Below are positions 52,690 through 64,000 of a stretch of DNA of 64,000 bases, piece after piece; position 1 is the first letter of the stretch; the number at the start of each line of letters is the position of its first letter. Source of the DNA: Octopus bimaculoides (lineage: Eukaryota). The notes under the pieces were generated by a model, which was given only the letters and a program-made list of their open reading frames with translations, made no database searches and had not been told where the DNA came from. The stretch covers positions 166,335,029 to 166,399,028 of the forward strand of contig NC_068982.1 of assembly GCF_001194135.2 (NCBI RefSeq), read 5' to 3'. The position numbers were made by a program, and so were the translations under genes.

Positions 52690-54060
52690 CACATCTGATG
52701 CCTCTTAAGCTCAATTCTTCTCTCAAGATGCTTACATTCTGGAAACAAACATGCACACTGACTTCATTTCTTTTAAGTCTGCGCATGTCCTCAGCTGTCA
52801 TGGCCTATGTTTCACTGCCATGTACCATAGCTGTTTGCACACAGGCATCATACAATCTGCATTTCATTCTGAGGTAGAGGCCCTTTGTTGCCAACAGAGG
52901 TAGGAGCTCACTGAACTTCGCCCAGCCTAATCTTATTCTCACAGCTATGCTTTCAGAGCATCCACTTCCTCTACTAACTTGGTCACCTAGATAACGGAAG
53001 CTGTCTACTACCTCTAGCTTACCCCACTAGCAGTTGATTATTTTCTATACATTTTCGGTGTTCATTGTACCTGTACATCTTCCACACACAAAAGCTATTT
53101 CCCTGCTAACCTTCCTCTGATATTGTTGTACCTACTATGTATCCATAGCTTACAGCAGGTACATCTTATGGAGTTCCTACCTACGTCTTTTCTAAAGATT
53201 GAGCAGGGCCATCTACCCGAAGGGATTTGTGATTTGTCTGCCTTCCTATTTACTAAGACTTTGGTTTTTGCTAGGTTAACTCTAAGGCCCTTTGATCCTA
53301 GACCTTGCTACCATACCTGAAACTTCTCTAGTTCTGATAGTGATTCAACTATAAGAGTAAAGTCATCAGCATAGAGGATTTCCCAGGAGCAGCCTGTTTT
53401 GAATTCCTCTGTTATTGCCTGGGGGACTATGATGAACAAGATCGGGCTGAGGACCAATCTTTGGTGAACCCCTACTTGTACCCTGAATTCTTCGCTGTAC
53501 TCGTTGCCAACCCTCATCTTAGGGTAGCATCCTTGTACATGGCTTGTAAAACTCTCACCAACCACTCATCTATCCCTAGTTTCCACAATGACCACCAGAT
53601 AAGGGATCAGGGGGTCCTGTCAAGTCAACAAAAGCCGAGTACAGAGGTTTATATTTGGTTAAGTATTTCTCCTGCAGCTGCCTTACCAGGAATATAGCAT
53701 CAGTGGTGCTTCTCCCTAGCACAAAACCAAACTGCATCTCATCAAGACGAACTCTCTCCCTAATTAGTTGGGCTATGACCCCCTCCATAACTTTTAACAC
53801 CTAATACAATTTGATACCTCTGTAATTATTTCTATCTAAGGCATCACCTTTACCTTTGGAGCAGTTGACTATGGTGTTGCTATACCAGTCATTGGGTATG
53901 ACTCCTTCGTGAACCACCCGATTTACAATATGAGTGACTAGACCGTAACCACACTGCCAGATATGTTAAGCATCTCAGCAGTGATCCTTGATGGGCCAGG
54001 GGCTTTCCCTGTTTTCATATCTTTAATCGCTTTATCTGCCAAGGTACTGTCAATTCGGAT
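52690..54060 (-). mobile_element. Decayed RTE LINE ORF2 (reverse transcriptase, PHD-like finger, C-terminus)
   Basis: QFGFVLGRSTTDAIFLVRQLQEKY, GVHQRLVLSPILF, LYADD, LRVNLAKTKVL, CxxC..HxxC and RLYDACVQTAMVHGSET; stops and frameshifts present. Confidence 0.9.
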
Positions 54061-54142
54061 AGGAAATATTGAAGCAGCTTGCTCCAGAGAAAATAATGGA
54101 TTTTTTGAAAATAAACGGCATTATTGCCACAAGTAAAACGTG

Positions 54143-54491
54143 NNNNNNNNNNNNNNNNNNNNNNNNNNNNNNNNNNNNNNNNNNNNNNNNNNNNNNNNNN
54201 NNNNNNNNNNNNNNNNNNNNNNNNNNNNNNNNNNNNNNNNNNNNNNNNNNNNNNNNNNNNNNNNNNNNNNNNNNNNNNNNNNNNNNNNNNNNNNNNNNNN
54301 NNNNNNNNNNNNNNNNNNNNNNNNNNNNNNNNNNNNNNNNNNNNNNNNNNNNNNNNNNNNNNNNNNNNNNNNNNNNNNNNNNNNNNNNNNNNNNNNNNNN
54401 NNNNNNNNNNNNNNNNNNNNNNNNNNNNNNNNNNNNNNNNNNNNNNNNNNNNNNNNNNNNNNNNNNNNNNNNNNNNNNNNNNNNNNNNNNN
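54143..54491. other. Assembly gap (N run)
   Basis: N run. Confidence 1.
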
Positions 54492-55023
54492 GGGGGGTAA
54501 TTATTTTTTTTTAATTGAGATTTTACAAATAATTTTTTTTTGGAATCATGATCTGGTGGGGGGTGATGAAATTTTGAAGTTACGATTCTTGAAAAAAATT
54601 TTTTTCCGAATCGGAATCTCCACAGCCTAAAACGTGGGATTCCGTAAAAAAAAAATTAAAAGGGAGTAAGGGTTCCGTTTACATCGCCATGTGAGCCGCT
54701 AACAAAAATAAACTGATTGTGAAAGTGATTCCACAAAGTTACTCCGTGGCGAATGTAAAATGATATCGTTTGTGGAAGTTGTGATAATCGAGAAAGGGTC
54801 AATATACAGTTTGTTGACCGGAGAAACCAAAACATTGTTGCAAATACATATTCAATGTTAGGGTATATTTCGTTTCACGTCAAGTTATTTTATAATTCAT
54901 TTTCACTTTAAATATTTGTGTATATTAACATCCTTGCTGTCCCGAGTTATTCTTCCCATGTAGCGTTATCTTGACACACCTCATTTACAATAGGATAATA
55001 AAACTCTTGTTTGGAATTTGCTA

Positions 55024-55061
55024 CATGAAATAGCATGAAATAGCATGAAATAGCATGAAAT
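55024..55061. repeat. 10-bp tandem repeat (CATGAAATAG) x3.8
   Basis: Seen directly. Confidence 0.9.
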
Positions 55062-55568
55062 TTTGATGGATGGTTGAAATTTAGCTCACAAGAAGTTAAT
55101 TTCAATAGAGTTAGGATCTGTCTCAAGTGGGCTGGTATCAAAAGGGTTTTTCAGTGAATCAGAATTTACTTCCTCGCTATTATACTTTCATTTTATTCTT
55201 TTAATGTCACTTAAGAAACTTCTAGACTCCATTATACTGAAGATTAAATACCTTTCATTTGTACAGGCGCTTTAATCCAACAGTATTTTCTAAACTGTGC
55301 AAATTGTTAGTTATTTAATCTTCAATTAATAGAGTCTATATGTTATAACGTAGGGAGTCCTGTTTTTTGAGTCGTAATCTTCTCGAAATTCTTTTATGGA
55401 ATATGTGTATACAAGCTAAAACTAAAAGTGAAAATACTCATAAAATAATTTAATTTACCGACATAAAACGAAACACAGTTGAATGTTGTTTGATAGTAAT
55501 AAAGTTAAGTTATATCAAAAGAAATATAATTAACACACGACTCACATTGTACAAATTCGGTGACAAAC

Positions 55569-55777
55569 CTTTCTTCCGTCACGACATCACTTCAACTGTA
55601 AGTGCCACCTAGCAGCAGAATATATTAACACTCAGGGGGAAGTAACTGTCACAACATTTGACAAGAGCTCATTTAAGAAAAGATAACTCCCATATATCAA
55701 CTACGAGGGATTAGCTTGTCGTTGACGCTTTAATAACTATCTGAGAAATATTGCTGCTAATATAATACTTTATCGAT
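55569..55777. promoter_or_regulatory. Candidate bidirectional promoter and non-coding first exons of TTC1 (-) and REP (+)
   Basis: - strand donor GAAAG|gtttgt at 55569/55568 and + strand donor GAT|gtaagt at 55777/55778. Repeat-free, CpG-containing island with a CTCF-like GTGCCACCTAGCAG at 55602-55615. Confidence 0.65.
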
Positions 55778-55878
55778 GTAAGTAACTGAATGATTTTAAA
55801 TTAGAAGTTATATTATTGGTACTTAAGTTTATTTCTTTCATCTTACGTTTTCTTCTTTCTTTTTTTATTGTTCTTTAG
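55778..55878 (+). other. CHM: Probable 5'-UTR intron of REP (101 bp)
   Basis: gtaagt donor, long polypyrimidine tract, ctttag| acceptor 18 nt before the ATG. Confidence 0.75.
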
Positions 55879-55896
55879 ATTTTCTTCGTCGATAGG

Positions 55897-58011
55897 ATGG
55901 ACGACGTTCTTCCTTCGAGTTTTGATGCTATAGTGATTGGAACTGGTCTTTCAGAAAGTATCGTTGCTTCGGCTTTATCGCGAATTGGCAAAACAGTCTT
56001 ACACATAGACAGGAACGCTTATTATGGCAGCCGATGGGCGTCATTCAGCTTGCGTAACCTCCAAACATGGACATCAACACTGAAAGAAAAGGAACAGTTA
56101 AAACTGCAAAACACGTCTTGTGACATACCTGATTCTTCCGTTGATATCAACCCTCATCTTCAAGAAGGAGAATCCTTTGTACTCCTCTCGCCCCATGATG
56201 AAGGCTTTTCTAATATCCAAATGTCCTATCATCACATATCTACAAACACCACCGACGAATGTGATGCCCCAAATAATATTACAAGTAATGTAATCAAAAC
56301 TGAACAGGGTCAGCCACCCTGTGATATTCATGAAGAACGATCAGAAGAGGATGATGGTATAAATAAAGCGGATGAAGACACTGGAGTGGTAGAGGAAACC
56401 GAAAATAAGAAAGAGACGTCTGAAAATAAGGAAGTGACGTCTGAAAATAAGGAAGAGACCTCTGAAAATAAGGAAGAGACCTCTGAAAATAAGCAACTTG
56501 ATTCTAATTCCTTCATGGAAGCCACTACAGACAGTGCAGAACTTAAGGAAATTGAAGTATATATCACATCAGAAAAGGCGTTAGAAAATGTGACCAATAA
56601 CAAGGTTACTGAAAAATGGACTGTTAAAAAGTTTGAGGACCAATGGAGACGTTTTAATTTTGATACAGCTCCCAAAGTATTATACTGTAATGGTGATATG
56701 GTTCATCTTTTGATTCAGTCTGATATTTCTCGTTATTGTGAATTCAAGCTTGTGTCACGTATTCTTACTATTTTTCAGAATGAATTAATAAAAGTTCCCT
56801 GTTCTCGGGCTCATATTTTCAACTCCAGAGAAGTATCAATGCTTGAGAAACGAATAATGATGAAATTTGTAAAAGCCTGTTTAGAAAATAATCCTGATGA
56901 AACAATGAAAGAATTTTATGATCGTCCTTTTTCAGCATATTTAGAAGAAAAGTTTTCTCCAATTGCAAGACATTATATTTACCATGGAATTGCAATGGCA
57001 CAAAAATCTACCACAACTAAAGAAGGGATTGCTTTAGCTCAGAAGTTTTTTTCATCAGTTGGGCAGTATGGAGACATTCCTTTTATAACATCTATTTATG
57101 GGGTTGGAGAACTTCCACAGGCTTTTAGTCGTATGTGTGCCGTATGGGGTGGAATTTATTGTTTAAATTTATCAGTTAAAGCAATAATTATTCATGAGGG
57201 AAAAGCAAAAGCTGTTATCACTTCTGATGGTAAACGAATTGAATGTGAATGGCTTATAGTAGAACCGAGTTACATTCCAGATGATATTATTGAGTCCATG
57301 GAGACCCAAATAGTGAATAGAGCCATATTAGTTACTGACAAAGCTTTACTACAATCACCTAAAGAAGAACTGTCACTGCTGAATATTTACCCACCAGAGG
57401 ATACTTCAAGGCCTGTAGTGATGCTGGAATATCCACCGTCTGCTATGGTTTGCCCTACAGGTTTATGTCTTATCCACTTCACTAGACAAGGTGAAGCTGA
57501 TCCCAAAACTGAACTTGATTATGCTTGTAAATATTTGTTCAATTTTGAACCTATTGATGAGGATAAGAAAGATACAGAGAGTGCTGAAGGTGACACCCAA
57601 CAAAACAATGACACTCGACCGAATGTTTTATGGTCACTTTTTTTCCAGGTAAAGAGCAAACGCAATGTCAAACTTCAACAGTCCCTACCCAATAATATTT
57701 TAGTGACCTCACAACCAGGATCTGAATTAGACTTGGATTTCTATCCAGGAGAAGCTAAACAAATATTTGAAACAATGTATCCTGGTGAAGAATTTCATCC
57801 AAAATGTCCCCATCCAGAAGACATTATTTATTGTTCTGAAGAAGACAAAGGCACTGCTAGTGACAATGATACTAATAAAAATGAAAGTGATAGTAGTACA
57901 ACAATCTCAGAGTCTCTTTACCCCAATACAACAAGCAGTTCTACACTTGTTACTGATTCAGATACTCTTACTACAATTGACAGTTTATCTGACATGAAAC
58001 TGGATGATTGA
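55897..58011 (+). CDS. CHM: Rab escort protein (REP-1/CHM-like; Rab GGTase component A), intronless CDS, 704 aa
   Basis: DAIVIGTGLSESIVASALSRIGKTVLHIDRNAYYGSRWASF; long acidic insert; RRFNFD, SRYCEFK, VPCSR-x-x-IFNS...EKR with the REP-specific F/R pair (F308/R319, equivalent to rat F279/R290); YGVGELPQAFSRMCAVWGG. Confidence 0.96.
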   Translation: MDDVLPSSFDAIVIGTGLSESIVASALSRIGKTVLHIDRNAYYGSRWASFSLRNLQTWTSTLKEKEQLKLQNTSCDIPDSSVDINPHLQEGESFVLLSPHDEGFSNIQMSYHHISTNTTDECDAPNNITSNVIKTEQGQPPCDIHEERSEEDDGINKADEDTGVVEETENKKETSENKEVTSENKEETSENKEETSENKQLDSNSFMEATTDSAELKEIEVYITSEKALENVTNNKVTEKWTVKKFEDQWRRFNFDTAPKVLYCNGDMVHLLIQSDISRYCEFKLVSRILTIFQNELIKVPCSRAHIFNSREVSMLEKRIMMKFVKACLENNPDETMKEFYDRPFSAYLEEKFSPIARHYIYHGIAMAQKSTTTKEGIALAQKFFSSVGQYGDIPFITSIYGVGELPQAFSRMCAVWGGIYCLNLSVKAIIIHEGKAKAVITSDGKRIECEWLIVEPSYIPDDIIESMETQIVNRAILVTDKALLQSPKEELSLLNIYPPEDTSRPVVMLEYPPSAMVCPTGLCLIHFTRQGEADPKTELDYACKYLFNFEPIDEDKKDTESAEGDTQQNNDTRPNVLWSLFFQVKSKRNVKLQQSLPNNILVTSQPGSELDLDFYPGEAKQIFETMYPGEEFHPKCPHPEDIIYCSEEDKGTASDNDTNKNESDSSTTISESLYPNTTSSSTLVTDSDTLTTIDSLSDMKLDD
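56401..56493 (+). repeat. Coding 21-bp tandem repeat (ENKEETS-like) x4.4 within REP
   Basis: GAAAATAAG(G/A)AAG(A/T)GAC(G/C)TCT units. Confidence 0.95.
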
Positions 58012-61000
58012 AATAGTCTATATTGTCTTTAAAGTTAAGGAAAAGCTACATTAATTTAATCAATTTAACTACTTCAGAATGTTTATGTCCACAACCAACC
58101 AAAACTCAATCAGCATTTTATTAGTCTTTGTTATTTTAAGAAAATTTTCTCAAAAAATTTACAGTCACTGAAATAATGGCTTCACCATTCGTGTTTCTAT
58201 TCTCTATGCTAAAATTTAATCAGTATATTCTTCAATTACCTTAAGACATGTGTATTTGTGTTTATATGTGTGTGTTTGTGTGAGTGTGTAGAAGTTGAAC
58301 AGAGAATTATACTGGTTAAAACCTGTAAGAAATAGAAGCATGAAAGAATAGGTGGAAGCATTCAAATACTTAACTCATCTCAAAAATATGGATATTAACT
58401 AAAACCTTGTGTGTGATATTTTACCCTTTGCCAGCTTAAACTAATTAGTCTACAACTTTGTTGATAAAAGTATGATGTATACTTTTTCTGTCTTCTGTTC
58501 TAAATTTCATAACTGTGATTATTGTGATAAAGAAAACTTAAATACATTTTAGGTGATAACATAGTCCTGTTATTATCATTGATGTCCTCACTATTTGTTT
58601 ATCATTCTGTAAAAAATACTCAAATCTTCATTTTAATTCTTTCAATTTTTCCCTACTATTTATCCTGATATAAATGCTATTTTGAGATAATGGATTTAAT
58701 ATTGACATTTAAAACTATTCTGAATAGAAATCAAAACATTGCCTACTCATTTAATAAAATCTTGTTGTAGTTATTCTGTGTCCATTTTTCAATTTCTTAA
58801 AGTGTATCAAACACCACTGATTGAGCAAGATGTAAACTTCCAATAAACTGGAATTACAATATAATTTATGCCTGAGATGAGTTGTTAATAAGATCATAAT
58901 TTTTTGGACTGTTAAATTCATCTTTAGAGATGAATATATTGCTTTACAATATTTACAAATCCACTGTTTCAATCTGCTTGATCGTCAATCATCATCAGCT
59001 ATTTTATTCTTGGGTGTGTGCATAATCCTAAACTGGATTTGAACATAAATTGTGTGAATGTTAATGTTGTTAAACAAAATTTCATCTCTAAGGATTAGGT
59101 TAATAATACAAAATATTATATCCTTAAATACAATTTCAATTCCCATTTGAAGTTATCTCTTTTCATTTATATCCTTTGGGAAAGCACAAACACCCATACA
59201 AGTCAAGAACTTACCATTTCCACTCCTCCATAAATACAGAGCCTTGTGCCTAATCAAAGAAATGAAAAATTTATTGATGCAAAGTTAAAGCATTGCATTG
59301 TGAGTTCCAATTCTACTGCAGCCTTAATCCTACATGAAATAAATTATTTTCATCTCTCTTTCTCTCTCTCTCTCTCTCTCTCCTTTATAAAGTAGGTAGT
59401 TAATGTTTCAAAAAGCCATTAATCTTTAAAAACTTGCTTTTGTGGGTGGGGAAACAATTTGTGTGGAAATGTAAGTAATGAGAGAGAGAATTATGTTTAG
59501 TCATCAACCAAACTAAAGCTGTTTCTCTGTGGATTCTGAATGATTGTACACTATTAATAACCATGTTCAACATTCCACCTGTATGTGAAATTATTTCCTG
59601 CTGTACTGCTACCAACAGTACTCAACTTGCCTGAGTTTACAGAAAATATGAGAAAAAGTCACATAACATATGGCAGTTGGCTTGAAAATATGTACCCCTA
59701 TGATAAATAGATGTAAAATTGTGGCAGCCTGCAATTTGGAACATACATTCTCTTTTATATTGCTCTTGTGAGGACAAATGGTCTAGCAACAGACTGAAGA
59801 ATGTTGTTATTGACTCGGCCTTCATTCCTTCAAATACATGTATTAGGGCTGATTCAATCTATTACATTTCCTCATCTATAAATTTGTAGACTTGTACCAA
59901 AATTTGTTTCATACAGGAAATCTATGATTTAAGAATAAGTGGTCAATGACATAAATTCAGTTAAAATCTACATAAGAAATTACTTTATTGAAAGGTTAAA
60001 GAAGTAAATATTGTCATTTTTCTATCCTCATCATCAGATAACTGAGAGAGTATTTTGGAATGGTCCACAGAATTATCGTTTGAAAGGTGCATTGATTCAA
60101 TATGGTTTGGGAGCCTTATGTCATGCATTCCCTTTTGTATATCTTGTAGTGAGTCAAAGCATGTTCTACCTTTTTGTTGTCCAACTATTTTAGTATGTAC
60201 ATAGTTTTTGGTGGTAGTGGTGGATGTAGATGAGAGACTAATCATAGTTTAGAATCATCCTTGAAATTTAGTCAAGCAGAATTGTATTTAGAGTGGTCAA
60301 TCAACCTGTTTATTTGGCATTTGTCTGTTACATGTATGATTTTATAGACTGTTGGATTTATAGTTAGAGGACCTATATAAGTAGAAACTGACTGAAACTA
60401 TGAATTATACTCTTAACTGTCCTCAAAATACTCTTTTAAAAGATAAGAAAAAGAGTTGGCATCCAGCCAGAAAACACAGTCTTAAAATATCCTGTCCAAC
60501 TTATGCCAGCATAAAAAAGAAGATATATAAAAATGCAGGTGATAATGTTTCACTGGGTAGTTGGTTCTTTGAGTTTAAGAAAACCATTTCTGTTGAGTTT
60601 TACTTAAAATAAAGTGACATTTGAAGTAGGAAAATAGACACATACATATGGTAGACAGATACAAGAATAAAATTTACTTATCAAGTATAATTCATTGATA
60701 TTATTATTGCAATGAGATTCAATTTGTTTCATAATTTGAAAACAAGAAGTGACCTAAAGCTATATGACAGTGTTACTAATACAGTTACTCGTGTTGAGTA
60801 TGCTGAATCAAGTCTGGGAATTCTTAGTTGGGTAAACATGGTAAACATGTTTTGTAAATCAGAACTGTATAACTCCTGAGCTAATTATATAAGTTAATCT
60901 GAAGACGAATAGGAATGCCCATAATTATTCCAAATCTTAAAATAAAATGAGTTTAGGCATGAGTGGTGTAGAAAAGATAATGGTGGATTCTTTGTTGATG

Positions 61001-61218
61001 AGTATTCAGTTGTTTCACTAAGTTCTTGTCCATGAAACATGTTAGTAGCTGAGTATTCCACAGACATGTATCATTTATGTAATTCTCAAGCCAATTTAGC
61101 ATGTGACAATGCTTGACCTTTGAATTACAGATGGAAACCAGAAATAATGTCAAAAGCATTCTATGCAATTCTCTAACAATTCTACTAATTTGCTACCTTA
61201 CCAATATAGTAACAGTAG

Positions 61219-61644
61219 GCAAGGTGGTGAGCTGGCAGAATCTTAAGCACTCTAGCGGCGAGCCGGAAGAAACATTAGCACACCGGGTGAAATGCTTAGC
61301 GGTATTTCGTCTGCCGCTATGTTCTGAGTTCAAATTCCACCGAGGTCGACTTTGCTTTTCATCCTTTCGGGGTCAATTAAATAAGTACCAGTTACGCACT
61401 GGGGTTGACATAATCGACTTAATCCGTTTGTTTGTCCCCTTGTGGGCAGTAAAGAAATAAGAATCTTAAGCACACAGGGCAAAATGCTTAGCAGCATTTA
61501 TGTTCTGAATTTAAATTCCATCAAGGTCAACTTTGCCTTTCATCCTTTCGGGATTCATAAAATAAGTACCAGTTGAGTACTGGGGTCAATCTAAGTGACT
61601 ATCCCCCACTCTCTAACTTGCTGGCCTTGTGCCAAAATTTGAAA
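61219..61644 (+). mobile_element. Nested SINE-in-SINE (family C host, inner copy 61251-61459)
   Basis: Outer TSD CCA(A/G)TATAGTAACAGTAG at 61201-61218 and 61645-61662; inner TSD AGAATCTTAAGCAC at 61237-61250 and 61460-61473. Confidence 0.9.
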
Positions 61645-62032
61645 CCAGTATAGTAACAGTAGAAGAAAGAAACCAGGAAAGTGATATGGCTCAACAATAA
61701 AACAGTATTGTAAACTGCTACAGAATGAAAGCTTTATAAATAATGTTATATTTTTCTTGGGCATGAGGATCCAATACTACTGTATTACCACTGTTTCAGC
61801 ATACACTATTTAATCCATGATATCCACTTAGATTTTGACAAGTCAACAAGGAAGTAGCTTGGCTTGCTAGAAATAGCCAACCAAAATCTCCCTTAGCATC
61901 TTAAAAAAAATCAACACATTAGACAAAGTAAATATATAAAAATACAGGATGTTCACTATTAGAACACCTCATATATTATCAACTTAGCCAACTGTTTTTT
62001 ATGTAGTTTAGAATGTATATACATCAACCTGA

Positions 62033-62396
62033 GTGGAGGTGCAATGGCCCAGTGGTTAGGGCAGCGGACTCGCGGTTTCGATTCCCAGACCGGGCGTTGT
62101 GAGTGCTTATTGAGTGAAAAACACCTAAAGCTCAGCGAGGCTCCAGCAGGGGATGGTGGCGAACCCTGCTGTACTCTTCCACCTTTCACTCTTTCTTCCT
62201 GTTTCTGTTGTACCTGTATTTCAAAAGGGCCAGCCTTGTCACACCATGTCACGCTGAATATCCCCGAGAACTATATTAAGAGTACACGTGTCTGTGGAGT
62301 GCTCAGCCAGTTGCACGTTAATTTCACGAGCAGGCTGTTCTGTTGATTGGATCAACTGGAACCCTCGACGTCATATGTGATGGAATGCCAACAAAT
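62033..62396 (+). mobile_element. tRNA-derived SINE family B with 10-bp TSD
   Basis: ATCAACCTGA at 62023-62032 and 62397-62406; matches 16968-17351. Confidence 0.92.
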
Positions 62397-63499
62397 ATCA
62401 ACCTGAATGTTTGATCAGTACTATAGTTAAGAACGTATTAGCTCTTGGCAATAAAATTAGCAACTGTCCAGTTAAGGATTGAAATATTTCATTGTTCTGA
62501 AAAGGAGACTCAGTTTCAATGATATTGTCACTGACCAGTGTTTAGCCTTTTTTCTTTTTTTTTTTAAGTACATTTTGAACATTTTTGTATTCATCTCAGA
62601 TCAAAATATAAAATATAATTATGTCTCTTAAATGCATTTCAGGACCAATACTTGAGAGATGAATTTCCCATATAAAGAATAATAAATAAATAAAAATTCA
62701 ATGTTCAATAATGGTCACCATAGGACCAATGCTAAACTTAGGTTTCTCAAGACTTAAATCTCACCTTGCTTATCACTTAACTTTAACTGTAAGATTTAAT
62801 CCCTAATTTCTAAAGTTAAATAAATTGGTCCAACCAGAATTGTCTCATCCAAGAACAATAAATCAGAGGCAATGGTTGTCAACTTATAATATTTAAAGCC
62901 TGCAAGATATTTGAAGATATTTTTAAAAACTTTGCCCAGATTTGATTATAATTAAAACATTTTCAGTGACATCTTACATTATCATTTGATCTGAAGCAAG
63001 ATGACTCAATCTTATTTTTGATAGATTTTTAATGTGAAAATATATTTTGAAGTCTATTCATACATTTGAAATATAATTTTAGAGGTAAGGACAATGAAAT
63101 TCAATGTAGAAATGTGGGAAAATGAAGGTCCAAGTAAATTTAAGAAGAGTAATAAAATGGTTTTGAATATTGTCCTGGTTGATTCCAGTAGTTCACTGCT
63201 CTAACACGGTAATATCCTGTCACCAATGTAGAATTATTTCCTGAAAAAAAATTATGAAATAAAATAAAACTTCAGTGAAGAATCTTCACAAACAATGACA
63301 TTTAGAAAATGTTACTTTCCTCTTAAGGAAAAAAATGGCCCAGATATGTAGGAAATATGGGAATAGTATGTTGTGACTGACCACAAATGTGTATGGGGAG
63401 AGGGTAATATGTTTGTGAAGAATGAGTTTGATGTGTGATAGGCAGCTATCACACAACCTGGATTCAGAATATGAGTTCAGGTTTAATGTCAAGGTCATC

Positions 63500-64000
63500 A
63501 TCATCATCATTTAACATCCATTGTCCATGCTGGCATGCGTTGGAGAGTTTGATCAGGCTGGCATGCTGGAAGGCTGCACCAGACTCCAGTGTGATTTGGC
63601 ATGGTTTTCTGCAGCTGGATGCACTTCCTAACACCAGCCACTCTGAAAGTGTAAAGGGTGCTTTTACATGCCACCAGCATGGGTGCCATTTGTGTGACAC
63701 CAGGATGCCAATTTGCATGACACTAGTATCTGACACAACCGCAATTTTGCTCGGCTTGATGGGTCTTCTTCTCAAGCACAACATAATGCCAAAGATCTCA
63801 GTCATTGCCTCCATGGGGCCCAACACTCGGAAGGAACTCAGCCACTTTGCCTCTGTGAGGCCCAACGCTCGAAAGGTATTCTTGACATGCCACCAGCACA
63901 GGTGCACTTGGCTTAACAGGTCCTCTCAAGCAGAGCACATCACCAAAGATCTCGATTACTAGTCATTGCCTCTATGAGGCTCAAAGTTTGAAGATCATGT
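63500..64000 (-). mobile_element. RTE LINE 3' end (runs off window)
   Basis: (CAT)n tail and the same 3'-UTR motifs as 33443-33656 and 48310-48630. Confidence 0.85.

Noticed and set aside
55024-55061. Short tandem repeats as a possible CRISPR-like array
   Set aside because: Contiguous 10-bp units without spacers, in eukaryotic DNA

Overview
AT-rich, repeat-dense animal genomic DNA with 7 assembly gaps; the SINE/RTE-LINE/microsatellite landscape points to a cephalopod, most likely Octopus (inference). Three protein-coding genes can be built from splice signals and open frames. (1) A + strand MIEAP/SPATA18-domain gene with 4 phase-consistent coding exons (26617-32280) and an unresolved 5' end. 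(2) TTC1 on the - strand with 5 coding exons (50657 to 41731, 305 aa) and a probable non-coding first exon near 55.57 kb. (3) A Rab escort protein (CHM/REP) with an intronless 704-aa CDS (55897-58011) and a short 5'-UTR intron, head-to-head with TTC1 across a ~200-bp candidate bidirectional promoter. The rest is mostly tRNA-derived SINEs, RTE LINE remnants, a Gypsy fragment, Tc1/mariner, hAT, piggyBac and Helitron derivatives. The best leads are a tRNA-headed SINE whose tail is a minimal Penelope-type hammerhead-like motif, inserted with an inverted tail copy inside one TSD (35.3-35.7 kb); a second decayed minimal hammerhead at 18-59; and the retrogene-like REP apparently using the TTC1 promoter.
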